DNA from: an uncultured Burkholderiales bacterium
GTDB taxonomy: Bacteria > Bacteroidota > Bacteroidia > UBA8524
Assembly (NCBI GenBank): GCA_964584305.1
Contig: CAZOZL010000012.1
Location: 2,873-66,872, forward strand
Direction: 5' to 3'
Length of the DNA stretch: 64,000 nucleotides
Below the pieces are notes generated by a model. That model was not told the DNA's origin. It ran no database searches and was given only the letters and a program-made list of their open reading frames with translations. Positions 50,381-61,094 of the stretch are shown piece by piece. A program made the position numbers and the translations under genes. Each line of letters starts with the position of its first letter. The stretch's first letter is position 1.

Positions 50381-50977
50381 ATGAGTTACTCCGAGTTAAT
50401 TGGAACGGTTTTGGGCATTGGTGCTACCGTACTTTCGGCAATGCGTATTACCTATACTTGGTTGGTAAATTTAGTAGCTGTTATATTTTTTGCAATAGTA
50501 TTTTATCAGTTGCAACTATATGCCGATTTAATACTGCAAGCCTATTATTTTGCTATGGGCATATTGGGGTGGTTGTGGTGGAATAAAAAAGCTAAAAAAT
50601 CCCATGTACCCGTAAGCTATTGGAAACCTAAAACAAGCATTTATTTGCTCACCATTATTGGGATACTAATAGCCTCGCTATTTATGGGCTATGTGGTAAG
50701 CAATTTCACTATTTGGATGCCGCAGTGGTTTCCTGCCGCTGCTGTTATGCCCTATCCCAATGCTTTTATTTTAGTACTAAGTGTTGTAGGCACTTTTTTA
50801 ATGAGTAAACGCAAAATAGAATGCTGGTGGATTTGGGCAATAAACAATCCCTTGGCAGCTTATATATATTGGCAACAAGGCAGCATATTATTTACCATTG
50901 TATTTATAATTTTTTGGATCATTGGGCTAAGCGGTTGGTATGCTTGGATTAAAGAGTATAAAAAAGCAAAATTTTAA
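50381..50977 (+). CDS. pnuC: nicotinamide riboside transporter PnuC (start moved to the internal Met)
   Basis: Multi-TM with a Trp-rich PnuC-like pattern (LGWLWW, WWIWAINN). The ORF-track start at 50291 lies inside the upstream terminator. Confidence 0.65.
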   Translation: MSYSELIGTVLGIGATVLSAMRITYTWLVNLVAVIFFAIVFYQLQLYADLILQAYYFAMGILGWLWWNKKAKKSHVPVSYWKPKTSIYLLTIIGILIASLFMGYVVSNFTIWMPQWFPAAAVMPYPNAFILVLSVVGTFLMSKRKIECWWIWAINNPLAAYIYWQQGSILFTIVFIIFWIIGLSGWYAWIKEYKKAKF

Positions 50978-51064
50978 TAACAAGTAGCACTTTCATTGTA
51001 TCAATTATAGTGTTCCTTTCTAAAATTGTTTAAAGCTATAAGAGAAGCAAGACCGCTGCACGGG

Positions 51065-51180
51065 CTATGTTTAGCCTTTAACATAGCTTTGTGTGGCTGC
51101 CTCCCTTCCGTTATTTAAGGGGTGGTATAAAAGCTGAGCGTTGCCATTCAGGTGGGCTTCACCAACTAAGAAGATTTTTT
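51065..51180. repeat. related repeat, copy E (H0-like CTATGTT/AACATAG hairpin plus CAGGTGGGCTTCA motif)
   Basis: Shares TGCCATTCAGGYGGGCTTCAC plus an A/T-rich tail with copy F and the left half of copy D. Confidence 0.55.
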
Positions 51181-51270
51181 CGCAATGATATACGCACCAC
51201 ACCGTCATTGCGGCTATAAGTCAACAGCAATAACTAATAAAAACACTAATATTCAGCTATAATAAACAAA

Positions 51271-51300
51271 GCCCCGCTAATTTAGCGAGGCTTTGTAAAA
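51271..51300 (-). terminator. hairpin (AAAGCCTCGCTAA/TTAGCGGGGCTTT) plus T-rich tail 3' of the H+-PPase gene
   Basis: Seen directly. Confidence 0.55.
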
Positions 51301-51317
51301 AGTATAATTAAGTTTTC

Positions 51318-53792
51318 TTATTCATTAGCGTTGGCAGAGTCGTGGTATTTATGCCCATCGTGTTCTGTATGCAATTCTGTACTGTCGCCATCTTTGTGGT
51401 GGTCGCACTCATCAGTACATACGTGTTTGTCTCCGTGTTTTTTATCGTGTTTACAGTCGGCAGTACATTTGTGGGCTTCACCGTGTCCTTTTTTGTGGCA
51501 GCCTTCATCGCATTTTTCTTTGCATTCAGCATCATTAGTACAGTTGTGTTCACACGTTTTTTCACAACCTGCATGGTGTTCTCCATCTACTACATAGCAA
51601 ATTTCTGTTTTAGCACCCTCATCACAACAAGCTGCACCTACCGCACCATGCCCGCCACCATTTACGGCAATATGTGGGGCAATTATTAATGATACTATCG
51701 ACATTAGCTTAATCAAAATATTCATTGATGGACCTGAAGTATCTTTAAAAGGGTCTCCAACCGTATCACCAGTTACAGATGCTTTGTGTGGTTCAGATTT
51801 TTTGTAATACATTTCACCGTCAATCTCAACCCCTTTTTCAAACGATTTTTTAGCATTGTCCCAAGCACCACCAGCATTACTTTGAAATATACCCATTAAC
51901 ACACCGCTAACAGTAACACCCGCTAATAGACCACCTAATATTTCGGCAGAGCTCACATTATCAAACACTCCTTTAAATCCAAAACCAACTAAAACAGGAA
52001 CAAATAGTGCAATAGCCCCAGGTGCCAACATCTCGCGGAGAGAGGCTTTAGTACTAATTTCTACACATTTATCATATTCAGGCTTGGCTTTGTACTCCAT
52101 TATCCCTGGTATTTCACGGAACTGGCGGCGTACTTCATTTACCATATCCATAGCTGCCCGCCCAACGGCTGCAATTGCTAATGATGAGAATATATAAGGT
52201 ATCATACCACCTACAAATAAAGCCGCTAATACAGGAGCTTTAAAAATATCTATTGAGCTGATGCCTGCAACACCCATAAAGGCTGCAAACAAAGCTAATG
52301 ATGTAAGTGCTGCCGATGCAATGGCAAAACCTTTACCACTTGCCGCAGTGGTGTTACCCACAGCATCTAATATATCTGTACGCTCACGCACTTCTTCGGG
52401 TAGTTGGCTCATTTCGGCAATACCACCAGCATTATCAGCAATAGGTCCAAAAGCATCAATGGCTAACTGCATAGCAGTAGTTGCCATCATACCTGCTGCT
52501 GCAATAGCAACACCATATATACCTGCAAAAGAGTATGCCCCAATAATACCACCTGCTAAAATTAATATAGGCAAAACAGTACTTTCCATACCTACGGCTA
52601 AACCACCTATTATATTAGTAGCGTGCCCAGTAGCCGATTGTTTTATAATTGAGTTTACAGGGCGTTTACCCATGGCAGTATAATACTCGGTAACAATACT
52701 CATTAGTGTACCTACAACTAATCCAACAATTATTGCCCAAAACACTTCCATTTTGGTAAATGCAATGGTTTCGTCTGCCCAATATAGAGTTTCAGGAAGT
52801 ACCCAATCTACAATAAAGTACGATGCAATAGCCGTAAGCACTATTGATGACCAGTTACCCATATTAAGGGCTTTTTGCACATTACCGTCTTCCCCTTTAA
52901 TTTTTACAAATAGCATCCCTATTATAGAAAACACTATTCCCAAACCTGCAAGCAGCATAGGTAGTAGTATTGGAGCCATTCCGCCAAAGTTATCAGCAGA
53001 AATAATTTCACGACCTAATACCATTGTTGCTAATATAGTAGCTACATACGAGCCAAAAAGGTCAGCTCCCATACCTGCTACATCTCCCACATTATCACCT
53101 ACATTATCAGCAATAGTGGCAGGGTTACGCACATCATCTTCGGGAATACCCGCTTCTACCTTACCCACAAGGTCAGCACCTACGTCAGCAGCTTTAGTAT
53201 ATATACCACCACCCACACGGGCAAAAAGTGCAATACTTTCAGCACCCAGTGAGAAACCAGCTAATACCTCAAGGGCTTTTGCCATATCATGGCTGTTTAC
53301 ATCACCGCCTTCACCCACAAACATGTAATAAAATAATATAAACAATGAACCCATGCCTAATACCGCCAAACCTGCAACACCTAAGCCCATAACAGAACCC
53401 CCTGTGAAAGACACTTTTAAGGCTTTTACAAGGCTGGTACGTGCGGCTTGCGTGGTACGAACATTTGCTTTTGTAGCCACTTTCATACCTATATAACCCG
53501 CTAATGCCGATAATACTGCCCCTATTAAAAAAGCAATAGCTATAACAGGGCTTGAGTTAGCTTCAGGCATTGTTCCGCTCCATACTAATAATACTGTTGC
53601 TATAACAGCAAAGTAAGAAAGTACTTTCCATTCGGCTTTTAAGAAAGCCATCGCTCCTTTGGCAATATATCCTGCCAATTCATTCATTGTTTCGTTGCCT
53701 GTTTCTTGCTTGTTTACCCAAGCCGATTTAATTGCCATAAAAAGCAATCCAACTAAGCCAAGTGCGGGAATTAAGTAAATAAGGTTATTCAT
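51318..53792 (-). CDS. hppA: membrane-bound H+/Na+-translocating pyrophosphatase with a Cys/His-rich C-terminal extension
   Basis: Canonical M-PPase motifs (GGIYTKAADVGADLVGKVE, DNVGDNVGD, GDTVGDPFKDTSGPS..ILIKLM), followed by a roughly 114-aa tail with 12 Cys and about 15 His. Confidence 0.85.
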   Translation of the reverse strand: MNNLIYLIPALGLVGLLFMAIKSAWVNKQETGNETMNELAGYIAKGAMAFLKAEWKVLSYFAVIATVLLVWSGTMPEANSSPVIAIAFLIGAVLSALAGYIGMKVATKANVRTTQAARTSLVKALKVSFTGGSVMGLGVAGLAVLGMGSLFILFYYMFVGEGGDVNSHDMAKALEVLAGFSLGAESIALFARVGGGIYTKAADVGADLVGKVEAGIPEDDVRNPATIADNVGDNVGDVAGMGADLFGSYVATILATMVLGREIISADNFGGMAPILLPMLLAGLGIVFSIIGMLFVKIKGEDGNVQKALNMGNWSSIVLTAIASYFIVDWVLPETLYWADETIAFTKMEVFWAIIVGLVVGTLMSIVTEYYTAMGKRPVNSIIKQSATGHATNIIGGLAVGMESTVLPILILAGGIIGAYSFAGIYGVAIAAAGMMATTAMQLAIDAFGPIADNAGGIAEMSQLPEEVRERTDILDAVGNTTAASGKGFAIASAALTSLALFAAFMGVAGISSIDIFKAPVLAALFVGGMIPYIFSSLAIAAVGRAAMDMVNEVRRQFREIPGIMEYKAKPEYDKCVEISTKASLREMLAPGAIALFVPVLVGFGFKGVFDNVSSAEILGGLLAGVTVSGVLMGIFQSNAGGAWDNAKKSFEKGVEIDGEMYYKKSEPHKASVTGDTVGDPFKDTSGPSMNILIKLMSIVSLIIAPHIAVNGGGHGAVGAACCDEGAKTEICYVVDGEHHAGCEKTCEHNCTNDAECKEKCDEGCHKKGHGEAHKCTADCKHDKKHGDKHVCTDECDHHKDGDSTELHTEHDGHKYHDSANANE

Positions 53793-53959
53793 ACTTTTTG
53801 ATTATACGTTTTTTACAAGTCGGCAAAAATAAGGTTTTGCACTTATAAAGCGAAAAATAGTTACGATGTTACGTATCTAAATTTCAGCCGAATTTTGGGC
53901 AAGATAAATAAGTAGAATGTTATTAGGTACAATTTTTGTAATTATGTGAAACGAAATCA

Positions 53960-54481
53960 GTGAAAAAAATCGTTGTATATACCCTTTTTATACTGCTTAA
54001 TTCTTTTATTAGCAAAGGTTTAACGGCGCAAGAAAACACAAATTCTGATAGCATTATAACAAATGATAGTTTGGTATTTGTTGAGTGTACACTACAAGAT
54101 TCTATTATAGACTATGCCAATAATTTTTTAGGCGTACGCTACAAATACGGAGGAAAAACCAAAAAAGGGCTTGACTGTACAGGTTTTGTGCAAACAGTTT
54201 ACAAGCAGTTTGGTTATTTAACTCCCAGTTCATCATCAGCCATAAAAACAGTAGGAAAGGAGGTTGCCCGAAAAAATGCCCAAATGGGAGATATAATTTA
54301 CTTTACAGGTAGAAACTCAAAAATAAGGCGACCAAGACACGTAGGTATAATTACTGAAATTAAAGGCGGTGTAATTTATTTCATCCATGCTTCTGTAAAC
54401 TATGGTATATCTTACTCGCATACCAGTACCCGTTATTATAAACGCAGGTATCTTGGCATTCGTAGGGTTATTGAGGAATAA
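53960..54481 (+). CDS. NlpC/P60 (C40) peptidase
   Basis: Catalytic GLDCTGFV and downstream HVGII. Confidence 0.75.
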   Translation: MKKIVVYTLFILLNSFISKGLTAQENTNSDSIITNDSLVFVECTLQDSIIDYANNFLGVRYKYGGKTKKGLDCTGFVQTVYKQFGYLTPSSSSAIKTVGKEVARKNAQMGDIIYFTGRNSKIRRPRHVGIITEIKGGVIYFIHASVNYGISYSHTSTRYYKRRYLGIRRVIEE

Positions 54482-54518
54482 AAACCGTTGCAAGTATGAA
54501 AACCTTTATTGAATAGAA

Positions 54519-54543
54519 TTAGGCATTTATGCCTATTTGTTTG
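54519..54543 (+). terminator. hairpin TAGGCA-ttta-TGCCTA plus TTTGTTTG; it resembles the H2 module of the repeat family
   Basis: Seen directly. Confidence 0.5.
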
Positions 54544-54701
54544 TATCCGATGATAATAGATTACTAAAGCCAATAGCTAAAAAAAGAGAGCAATACCCCA
54601 TTTTTTAATGAGTGAAACGTAGTATTTTAACGATAACATTCGGTGCAACCCATTAGGCAAAATAAAAATCATTTAATTTGCAGTCTTCGTAATCATAAGA
54701 C

Positions 54702-56882
54702 ATGAAAAAATTACTTCCTATACTTTTAATTTTTATCTCTTTTCAGCTTGTTGCACAGCAAAAACAACTCACCGTTGAAGATTGTATATTAAAACGCACC
54801 AGTACTTTAGCACCTAAAAATCTTATAAACTTATCGTGGCTGCCCAATACCCATTTAGTTTCTTGGAGAAAATACGGGGGCAAAAACGAAAAACACCTTG
54901 TTGTGTTTGATTTTAAGTCGAAAAGTGAGACAATAATCACCCGTCAAGAAATTAATCTTGCTATGGCAAATTTTAATTTCATTTTCCCAAGTAGTAAAAA
55001 CGATAAGCTAAAGGAAATACCCCGTGTGAACTGGCAAAGCAGTACCGCGTTTTTATTTTTGTACAACCATAGCTACTATAAGTATAACTATATAAAAAAG
55101 GTAATTACTGCAAAAAACACAATTTCAAAAGAAGCTGCCAACATAGAACGGCATAAAGGTTCAGGCAATATAGCGTACACTATTGGGAATAATGTATATA
55201 TAAAACCAGCCACTGGCAATGCTTTTCAGGTATCAAAAGATACTATTGCTGGTATAGTAAATGGGCAAGCAGTACACCGCTATGAGTTTGGGATAAGCAA
55301 AGGTTTATTTTGGAACAATGCGGGTAATAAATTGGCGTACTACCATAAAGATGAGACTATGATTACCCAATCATCGTATTATAATTACGGCAAACAACCT
55401 GGTGGAAATACCTACTTCCGTTATCCAATGGCGGGGCAAAAAAGCCATCATGTGAAACTGGCAGTGCATGATGCTGTTAGAGGTACAACTATTTATTTAG
55501 AAACAGGCGAACCATTAGAGCAGTACTTAACCAATATAACTTGGAGTCCTGATGATAAATATATTTATGTAGCAGTGGTAATGCGCAATCAATCCCAAAT
55601 GCTTTTGAAACGGTACAATGCCCAAACAGGAAAGCTGGAGAAAATACTATTTGAAGAGAATAACGAACGGTATGTTGAACCAGAAAACCCACCAATGTTT
55701 TGCCCTGATGATAAAAACAAATTTATATGGCAAAGCGAGCGAGATGGCTACAACCACTTATACCTTTACAATACCAATGGGAAATTACTGCGCCAGCTTA
55801 CTAAAGGAAACTGGGTAGTAACTAACCTTTTAGGTATTGATGCTAAAGGAAAATATGCCTATTTCACAGCTACTAAACGCAGCCCACTGGACAATACCGT
55901 TTATAAAGTGAAATTAGCCAACGGAAAAATATCAGAACTGGCTACTGAAGTGGGCTTGCACAGACCCTTTTTTACTACCGATTATAGCCATTTTATAGAT
56001 AAACTAAACAGTTTTAAAACTCCAAGAAACATTAGTATTAAAGAAACCGAGAAAGGGGAAAAGGTACATGAGTTATTAAATGCGAATAATCCATTAGAGA
56101 ACTACCAAATGGGCGAAACCACTGTATTTACCCTAAAAAGTACCGACAATACTACCGATTTGTATGCACGCATGATAAAACCCACTAATTTCGACCCTAA
56201 TAAAAAATATCCTGTAATAGTATATGTGTATGGTGGGCCGCATTTGCAGTTGATAAATAATGGACATTTGAACCGTGCCGACCTTTGGATGAACTATATG
56301 GCGCAACAAGGGTTTGTAGTGTTTAGTTTAGATAATAGAGGGAGTGCAAATAGAGGCTTTGAGTTTGAAAGTGCAGTACATAGAAGGTTGGGAACACTTG
56401 AAATGGAAGACCAATTAGCAGGGGTAAATTTCTTAAAACAACAACATTTTGTGGATAGCACACGCATGGCTGTTTTTGGGTGGAGTTTTGGCGGTTTTAT
56501 GGCTACACGTTTAATGCTAAAAGCACCTGGCACTTTTAAAGTAGGTATAGCAGGTGGACCCGTAATAGATTGGAAAATGTATGAAATAATGTACACAGAG
56601 CGTTATATGGATACACCACAAGAAAACCCAACAGGTTTTGAGAATAGTAATTTATTAAACTATGTGCAAAACCTTGAAGGGAAGCTACTGATGATACACG
56701 GTACAAGCGACCCAACAGTGGTATGGCAGCATAGTTTGGAGTTTGTGAAAAAAGCAGTAACACTGGGCAAACAAATGGATTATTTTGTATACCCTGCACA
56801 TGGGCATAATGTGCGTGGCAAAGAGAGGGTGCACCTGTACCAAAAGGTTACCCACTATATTATGGATAATATTGACAGGTAG
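54702..56882 (+). CDS. S9 family peptidase (dipeptidyl-peptidase IV-like)
   Basis: GWSFGGFMA nucleophile elbow; C-terminal His; beta-propeller N-domain. Confidence 0.8.
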   Translation: MKKLLPILLIFISFQLVAQQKQLTVEDCILKRTSTLAPKNLINLSWLPNTHLVSWRKYGGKNEKHLVVFDFKSKSETIITRQEINLAMANFNFIFPSSKNDKLKEIPRVNWQSSTAFLFLYNHSYYKYNYIKKVITAKNTISKEAANIERHKGSGNIAYTIGNNVYIKPATGNAFQVSKDTIAGIVNGQAVHRYEFGISKGLFWNNAGNKLAYYHKDETMITQSSYYNYGKQPGGNTYFRYPMAGQKSHHVKLAVHDAVRGTTIYLETGEPLEQYLTNITWSPDDKYIYVAVVMRNQSQMLLKRYNAQTGKLEKILFEENNERYVEPENPPMFCPDDKNKFIWQSERDGYNHLYLYNTNGKLLRQLTKGNWVVTNLLGIDAKGKYAYFTATKRSPLDNTVYKVKLANGKISELATEVGLHRPFFTTDYSHFIDKLNSFKTPRNISIKETEKGEKVHELLNANNPLENYQMGETTVFTLKSTDNTTDLYARMIKPTNFDPNKKYPVIVYVYGGPHLQLINNGHLNRADLWMNYMAQQGFVVFSLDNRGSANRGFEFESAVHRRLGTLEMEDQLAGVNFLKQQHFVDSTRMAVFGWSFGGFMATRLMLKAPGTFKVGIAGGPVIDWKMYEIMYTERYMDTPQENPTGFENSNLLNYVQNLEGKLLMIHGTSDPTVVWQHSLEFVKKAVTLGKQMDYFVYPAHGHNVRGKERVHLYQKVTHYIMDNIDR

Positions 56883-56996
56883 TTTTAAGTATCAAGGTAT
56901 TTTAATTATTGGTAGTAAGAATAGGAACTTGAGAGGGTTATAGTTTTGTCTAATCAATAGCAAATCCTTATTTTCGCTTCAAAAATTGATTAAATA

Positions 56997-57560
56997 ATGG
57001 CGAATACATCAGATATATCAGTAGGGACTTTTTTGCGCCACAACGGCGAAATTGTGCAAGTATTAGAATACCTGCACCGCACACCAGGGAATTTACGTGC
57101 TTTTTACCAAGCCAAAATGCGGAATATTCGCACGGGTAAACTGGCAGAATATCGTTTTCGTAGTGGAGAAAGCGTAGAGTTGGTGAGGGTAGAAGTAAAG
57201 GAACTACAATATCTATATAAAGACGGCAACAGTTTAGTGTGTATGCACCCTACCACTTTCGACCAAATATATATACAAGACCAACTATTTGGCGATAGTT
57301 TAAAATTTATGAAAGAAGAAATGATGGTAACCATTTCTTTTGAAGATGAAACCGCCTTACAAGCCGAAGCACCCAACTTTGTGGAACTAGAGATAACCTA
57401 TACAGAACCTGGTGTAAGAGGCGATACTGCTACCAATACTTTAAAACCTGCCACACTTGAAACTGGAGCAAAAATAAATGTACCCTTGTTTGTTGATATT
57501 GGCGAAATCATTAAAATAGATACACGAACAGGTGCATACTTGGAACGTATAAAGAAATAG
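56997..57560 (+). CDS. efp: elongation factor P
   Basis: 187 aa; KPGKG-like region and OB folds; collinear with EF-P. Confidence 0.85.
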   Translation: MANTSDISVGTFLRHNGEIVQVLEYLHRTPGNLRAFYQAKMRNIRTGKLAEYRFRSGESVELVRVEVKELQYLYKDGNSLVCMHPTTFDQIYIQDQLFGDSLKFMKEEMMVTISFEDETALQAEAPNFVELEITYTEPGVRGDTATNTLKPATLETGAKINVPLFVDIGEIIKIDTRTGAYLERIKK

Positions 57561-57725
57561 ATATTTTTTGTAGAGGATTTGCGATAATATAGTTCTAATT
57601 AGCTCAAGTCAGTTTCTTTTAAAATTACCTCACAAAGTAATCGTACCAAAATAAGATTGAAAGATAAATGAATAAATAGTGCATTATTCTGTAATTCGTA
57701 TCTTTATCATCATTCGTGTGAGATT

Positions 57726-57806
57726 GCCTGCCCTAATGCACAGGCGGGCTTCATTAAAAATTTTGAAAGACAGAATAAGCAGGTTTTGACCTGCTGTAAG
57801 AAAACG
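57726..57806 (-). repeat. related repeat, copy D (CAGGCGGGCTTCA motif fused to a B-like element that lacks H2)
   Basis: AAAGACAGAATA-AGCAGGTTTTGACCTGCT-GTAAGAAAACGC parallels the copy-B flanks and H1 with about 50 nt deleted. Confidence 0.6.
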
Positions 57807-58010
57807 CCTGAACAGTAGTGAATGGCAGTTTTACACCGCCCTTTCTCCCCTCTTGCCTTCTCACAGGCTAAGGTTAAACTACTGCAAACGTCATTGCTGT
57901 ACTAATTCGCTATTTCATTGACAAAAAGGCTAAAAGCCAATAACAATAACCTAATTCAAAATTATATTATAAAGCACTACGGGTTAAACAAGTACATTTT
58001 TATATCAAAC

Positions 58011-59591
58011 TCACATTATTGTTAGTGCAATTAGCAATACAAGTAGGCAAATTAAATACACTGCTTTTTTTGTTTTTAGGTAAAGAAATAGAGAAAGGAT
58101 GCTACCATAAATAGCTATACCCCCACCCATGCTAATGTATAATTTTGAAGCATAAGCAAAGGGCAAACTCTCTATTGTTTGGGCTATATAATTATTAGCA
58201 GAGACTACTAAATGTAACGCTTTGCCTACCCAAACTGCTATAAAAGGCAGTGGAGAAACAAGCAATAACAACAAACCTAAATACACCGATAATATGCCCA
58301 GCGGGACTATAAACAAGTTGGAAAATAGGAAGTAATTAGGAAACTGATGGAAATAATAAATGGCTAAAGGAAAAGTAGCTACTTGCGCCGCAAATGAAAC
58401 ACAAAGCAGTTGCCATATTTTGGTAAATAGCCAAGTTTTTGGAGTTAATAACTGCATTAATGGGGCATAAAATAGCCCAATACCTGCAACTGCTAAATAC
58501 GATAATTGAAAACCCACTTGAAATACTGTGTTTGCATTAATTGCAAGTGTAAATAATGCTGCGGCTGCCAATGTATTAAATAAATTGGTTTTGCGCCCCA
58601 TAGCATTGCCCATTGCAATAAAACTAAACATAGTACTTGCCCGCACTACCGATGGAGAAAGTCCTGTGAGTAAAGCATACAACCACAAACCGCCAAGCAG
58701 TAGCAACGCCTTTATAAAACTTGCCCATTTACGTTTGCTTGCCCCACCCAGCAATAGCAATAACACTATATAAATAATACCTACGTGCAAGCCCGATACT
58801 GCTAAAATATGTATTGTACCTGTGCGGGCATAGGCATTGTTTAAATCATCAGTAATATGGTTGCGGATGCCTAAAATAATGGCACTTGCCACGCTATAAG
58901 TACTGCTATCAGGCAGGTGCTTGTATAGTACTTTATCAAAATGGTTTCTTGCGGTATAACTAAACTGAAATAGCGGGTTACTACTGTGCTTATCTGTTTT
59001 TATATACTCACCTGCTTTTAAAAAAACTTGGTGGTAAATATTTTGATACGATAACCACTTGGCATAGTTAAAACTATCAGCTCCAATGGCTGTTGGGGGT
59101 GGTTTTAGCTTATTATTAATGATTAAATAATCACCGTAGGTAAGCGTACTATCAAACCCTTTTTTGCTAATGTACAGCACTATTTTCCCAGTAACATTTT
59201 GTTGAGTAGTATTGCTGTATATATGCACTGCATTGGCAATAACCTTATAGGTTTTAGTCTTTTTTTGAGGGGGAGTTAATACCCTTACCAATAATTTTTG
59301 ATACGTTTTTTGACGTGTTAAGTGCTTTGCATTATTAAGTGCATTACTTTGATAGCTTGCAAAACAACCCGCAAAAAATACTGCCGTATAAACTATAATG
59401 CCTACCCAGCCTGAAAGCGAAAGGGTACTTTGTTTTTTATTTGTTAAAAATAAAAAAGATAATAAGAAGAGGAATGAAAAACCAAATCCTATTAAAATTA
59501 CGGAATACGAAATGGGTATAAAGTGACTAATTAATATCCCAATCAAAAATGGAACTAATAGTCTTGTTAGAGGTATGCGGTGCAATTCCAC
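58011..59591 (-). CDS. comEC: ComEC/Rec2 family competence membrane protein (no beta-lactamase domain)
   Basis: Polytopic protein with a DUF4131-like N-terminus and a competence-domain core. Confidence 0.7.
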   Translation of the reverse strand: MELHRIPLTRLLVPFLIGILISHFIPISYSVILIGFGFSFLFLLSFLFLTNKKQSTLSLSGWVGIIVYTAVFFAGCFASYQSNALNNAKHLTRQKTYQKLLVRVLTPPQKKTKTYKVIANAVHIYSNTTQQNVTGKIVLYISKKGFDSTLTYGDYLIINNKLKPPPTAIGADSFNYAKWLSYQNIYHQVFLKAGEYIKTDKHSSNPLFQFSYTARNHFDKVLYKHLPDSSTYSVASAIILGIRNHITDDLNNAYARTGTIHILAVSGLHVGIIYIVLLLLLGGASKRKWASFIKALLLLGGLWLYALLTGLSPSVVRASTMFSFIAMGNAMGRKTNLFNTLAAAALFTLAINANTVFQVGFQLSYLAVAGIGLFYAPLMQLLTPKTWLFTKIWQLLCVSFAAQVATFPLAIYYFHQFPNYFLFSNLFIVPLGILSVYLGLLLLLVSPLPFIAVWVGKALHLVVSANNYIAQTIESLPFAYASKLYISMGGGIAIYGSILSLFLYLKTKKAVYLICLLVLLIALTIM

Positions 59592-59612
59592 ACGGGCAAT
59601 ATAGGGATAAAA

Positions 59613-60320
59613 CTACATAAACCTTCTGTTTACCAAATCGGCAAATTCTATAAAACGTTTATTCTCTTCGTCCCAATTGTTTTCTTTTTTTAGGTGGTTA
59701 AAAAAAGTCATGGCATCATCTTTATTTTTTAAGCCATTTAGGTGGTGAATAGATTTTGTATAGCCCTCGTGGTCGCCACCAAACAATTGGCTAATAAACT
59801 CAAATTTTTTATTAATGCTAATTGCCTTTTTTAAATCATGCACGGGTGTTTGCCCAAGTTTAGAAGCTAAATCTTCTGATTCAGGTTTTTGTAGGCTGGT
59901 ATTAAGCGAGTTGTCGGTTTCCTCTTTCTTTTCTTTGGCAATAGGCTTTATTTCTGTTGGTACGGTTGGTACGATTACTTCGTTGGAGCGAGGTTCTTCT
60001 ATTGGCGTTGGTATTTCAGTGGGGGGCGGCGGTATGGTTTTTTCTTCTACTATCGGTTCAGGTGCAACATTTTTTCTTGACTCTTCTTTCACCACAGGAT
60101 TAATAATAGTGGGTACAGGCGTGGGTATATTTGGTTGTACAGTAATTCCCTTCTCAGGTTTTAGCAAAAGTAGCTCGTCATATAAATCAACAGTGTATTT
60201 TCGTAACAGTTCAATATCAACTGATGTAAGTTGCGCTGCATTAGCAAAATTATTATTAAGCTCTATTAACTTAGCAGTAATTTGTTGAATTTTGTCGTGG
60301 TGTTCAGTCCTATTGCTCAT
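59613..60320 (-). CDS. hypothetical protein with a Pro-rich linker; forms an operon with comEC
   Basis: 235 aa; 21-bp gap to comEC. Confidence 0.4.
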   Translation of the reverse strand: MSNRTEHHDKIQQITAKLIELNNNFANAAQLTSVDIELLRKYTVDLYDELLLLKPEKGITVQPNIPTPVPTIINPVVKEESRKNVAPEPIVEEKTIPPPPTEIPTPIEEPRSNEVIVPTVPTEIKPIAKEKKEETDNSLNTSLQKPESEDLASKLGQTPVHDLKKAISINKKFEFISQLFGGDHEGYTKSIHHLNGLKNKDDAMTFFNHLKKENNWDEENKRFIEFADLVNRRFM

Positions 60321-60439
60321 TTTCGATTAATTTGCCAGTTCAAATATAGTTTAGCAAGGTTAAGACTGGGTATAATTGTGGTGTAAGTATTGCACCACAC
60401 AATGTGCATAATTAATAAAGATAACAAAAATAAAGAGGT

Positions 60440-61030
60440 ATGTTTATAGAGCCTATAGGCAATAGAGGGCGACAAAAAGGCTGGATAGAGGTAATTTGCG
60501 GATGTATGTTTAGCGGTAAAACCGAAGAATTAATTCGTAGGTTGAAACGTGCCCAATTTGCACATCAACGAATAGAGATTTTTAAACCCATTGTTGATGT
60601 GCGTTATCACGATGAAAATATTGTATCGCACAATGCTAATGAAATACGGTCTACACCTGTTGATGCTTCGCTAAATATTTTGCTAATGGCAAACGATGCT
60701 GAAGTGATAGGTGTGGATGAGGCACAATTTTTTGATAAAGAACTGCCCCACGTGTGCGCCGAACTTGCAAAACGTGGAGTGAGAGTGATTGTTGCAGGTT
60801 TGGATATGGACTACCGCGCACAACCCTTTGGACCTATGCCCAATTTATTAGCACAAGCCGAGTATGTAACAAAAGTACACGCCGTTTGCATGAAATGTGG
60901 AGACTCTGCCACCCACTCATACCGAATAGCAAACGAGAGTAGCCAAGTGCTTTTGGGCGAAAAGGATAACTACGAACCTCGCTGCCGCAGTTGCTTTAAC
61001 ATGGGATTTAAAGAATATAGTGTAATGTGA
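60440..61030 (+). CDS. tdk: thymidine kinase
   Basis: P-loop GCMFSGKTEELIRR and C-terminal Zn ribbon CxxC...CxxC. Confidence 0.9.
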   Translation: MFIEPIGNRGRQKGWIEVICGCMFSGKTEELIRRLKRAQFAHQRIEIFKPIVDVRYHDENIVSHNANEIRSTPVDASLNILLMANDAEVIGVDEAQFFDKELPHVCAELAKRGVRVIVAGLDMDYRAQPFGPMPNLLAQAEYVTKVHAVCMKCGDSATHSYRIANESSQVLLGEKDNYEPRCRSCFNMGFKEYSVM

Positions 61031-61094
61031 GCTTATTCCCCGTAGTGCATTATTCAGGAATTTGTATTTTACTATTGCTGTAACGCCTGTTTCC

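Noticed and set aside
51331-51689. Plus-strand ORFs of 88 and 115 aa, and a minus-strand ORF of 92 aa
   Set aside because: They lie inside the Cys/His-rich tail of the H+-PPase gene. The repetitive codon content produces long shadow ORFs in every frame.
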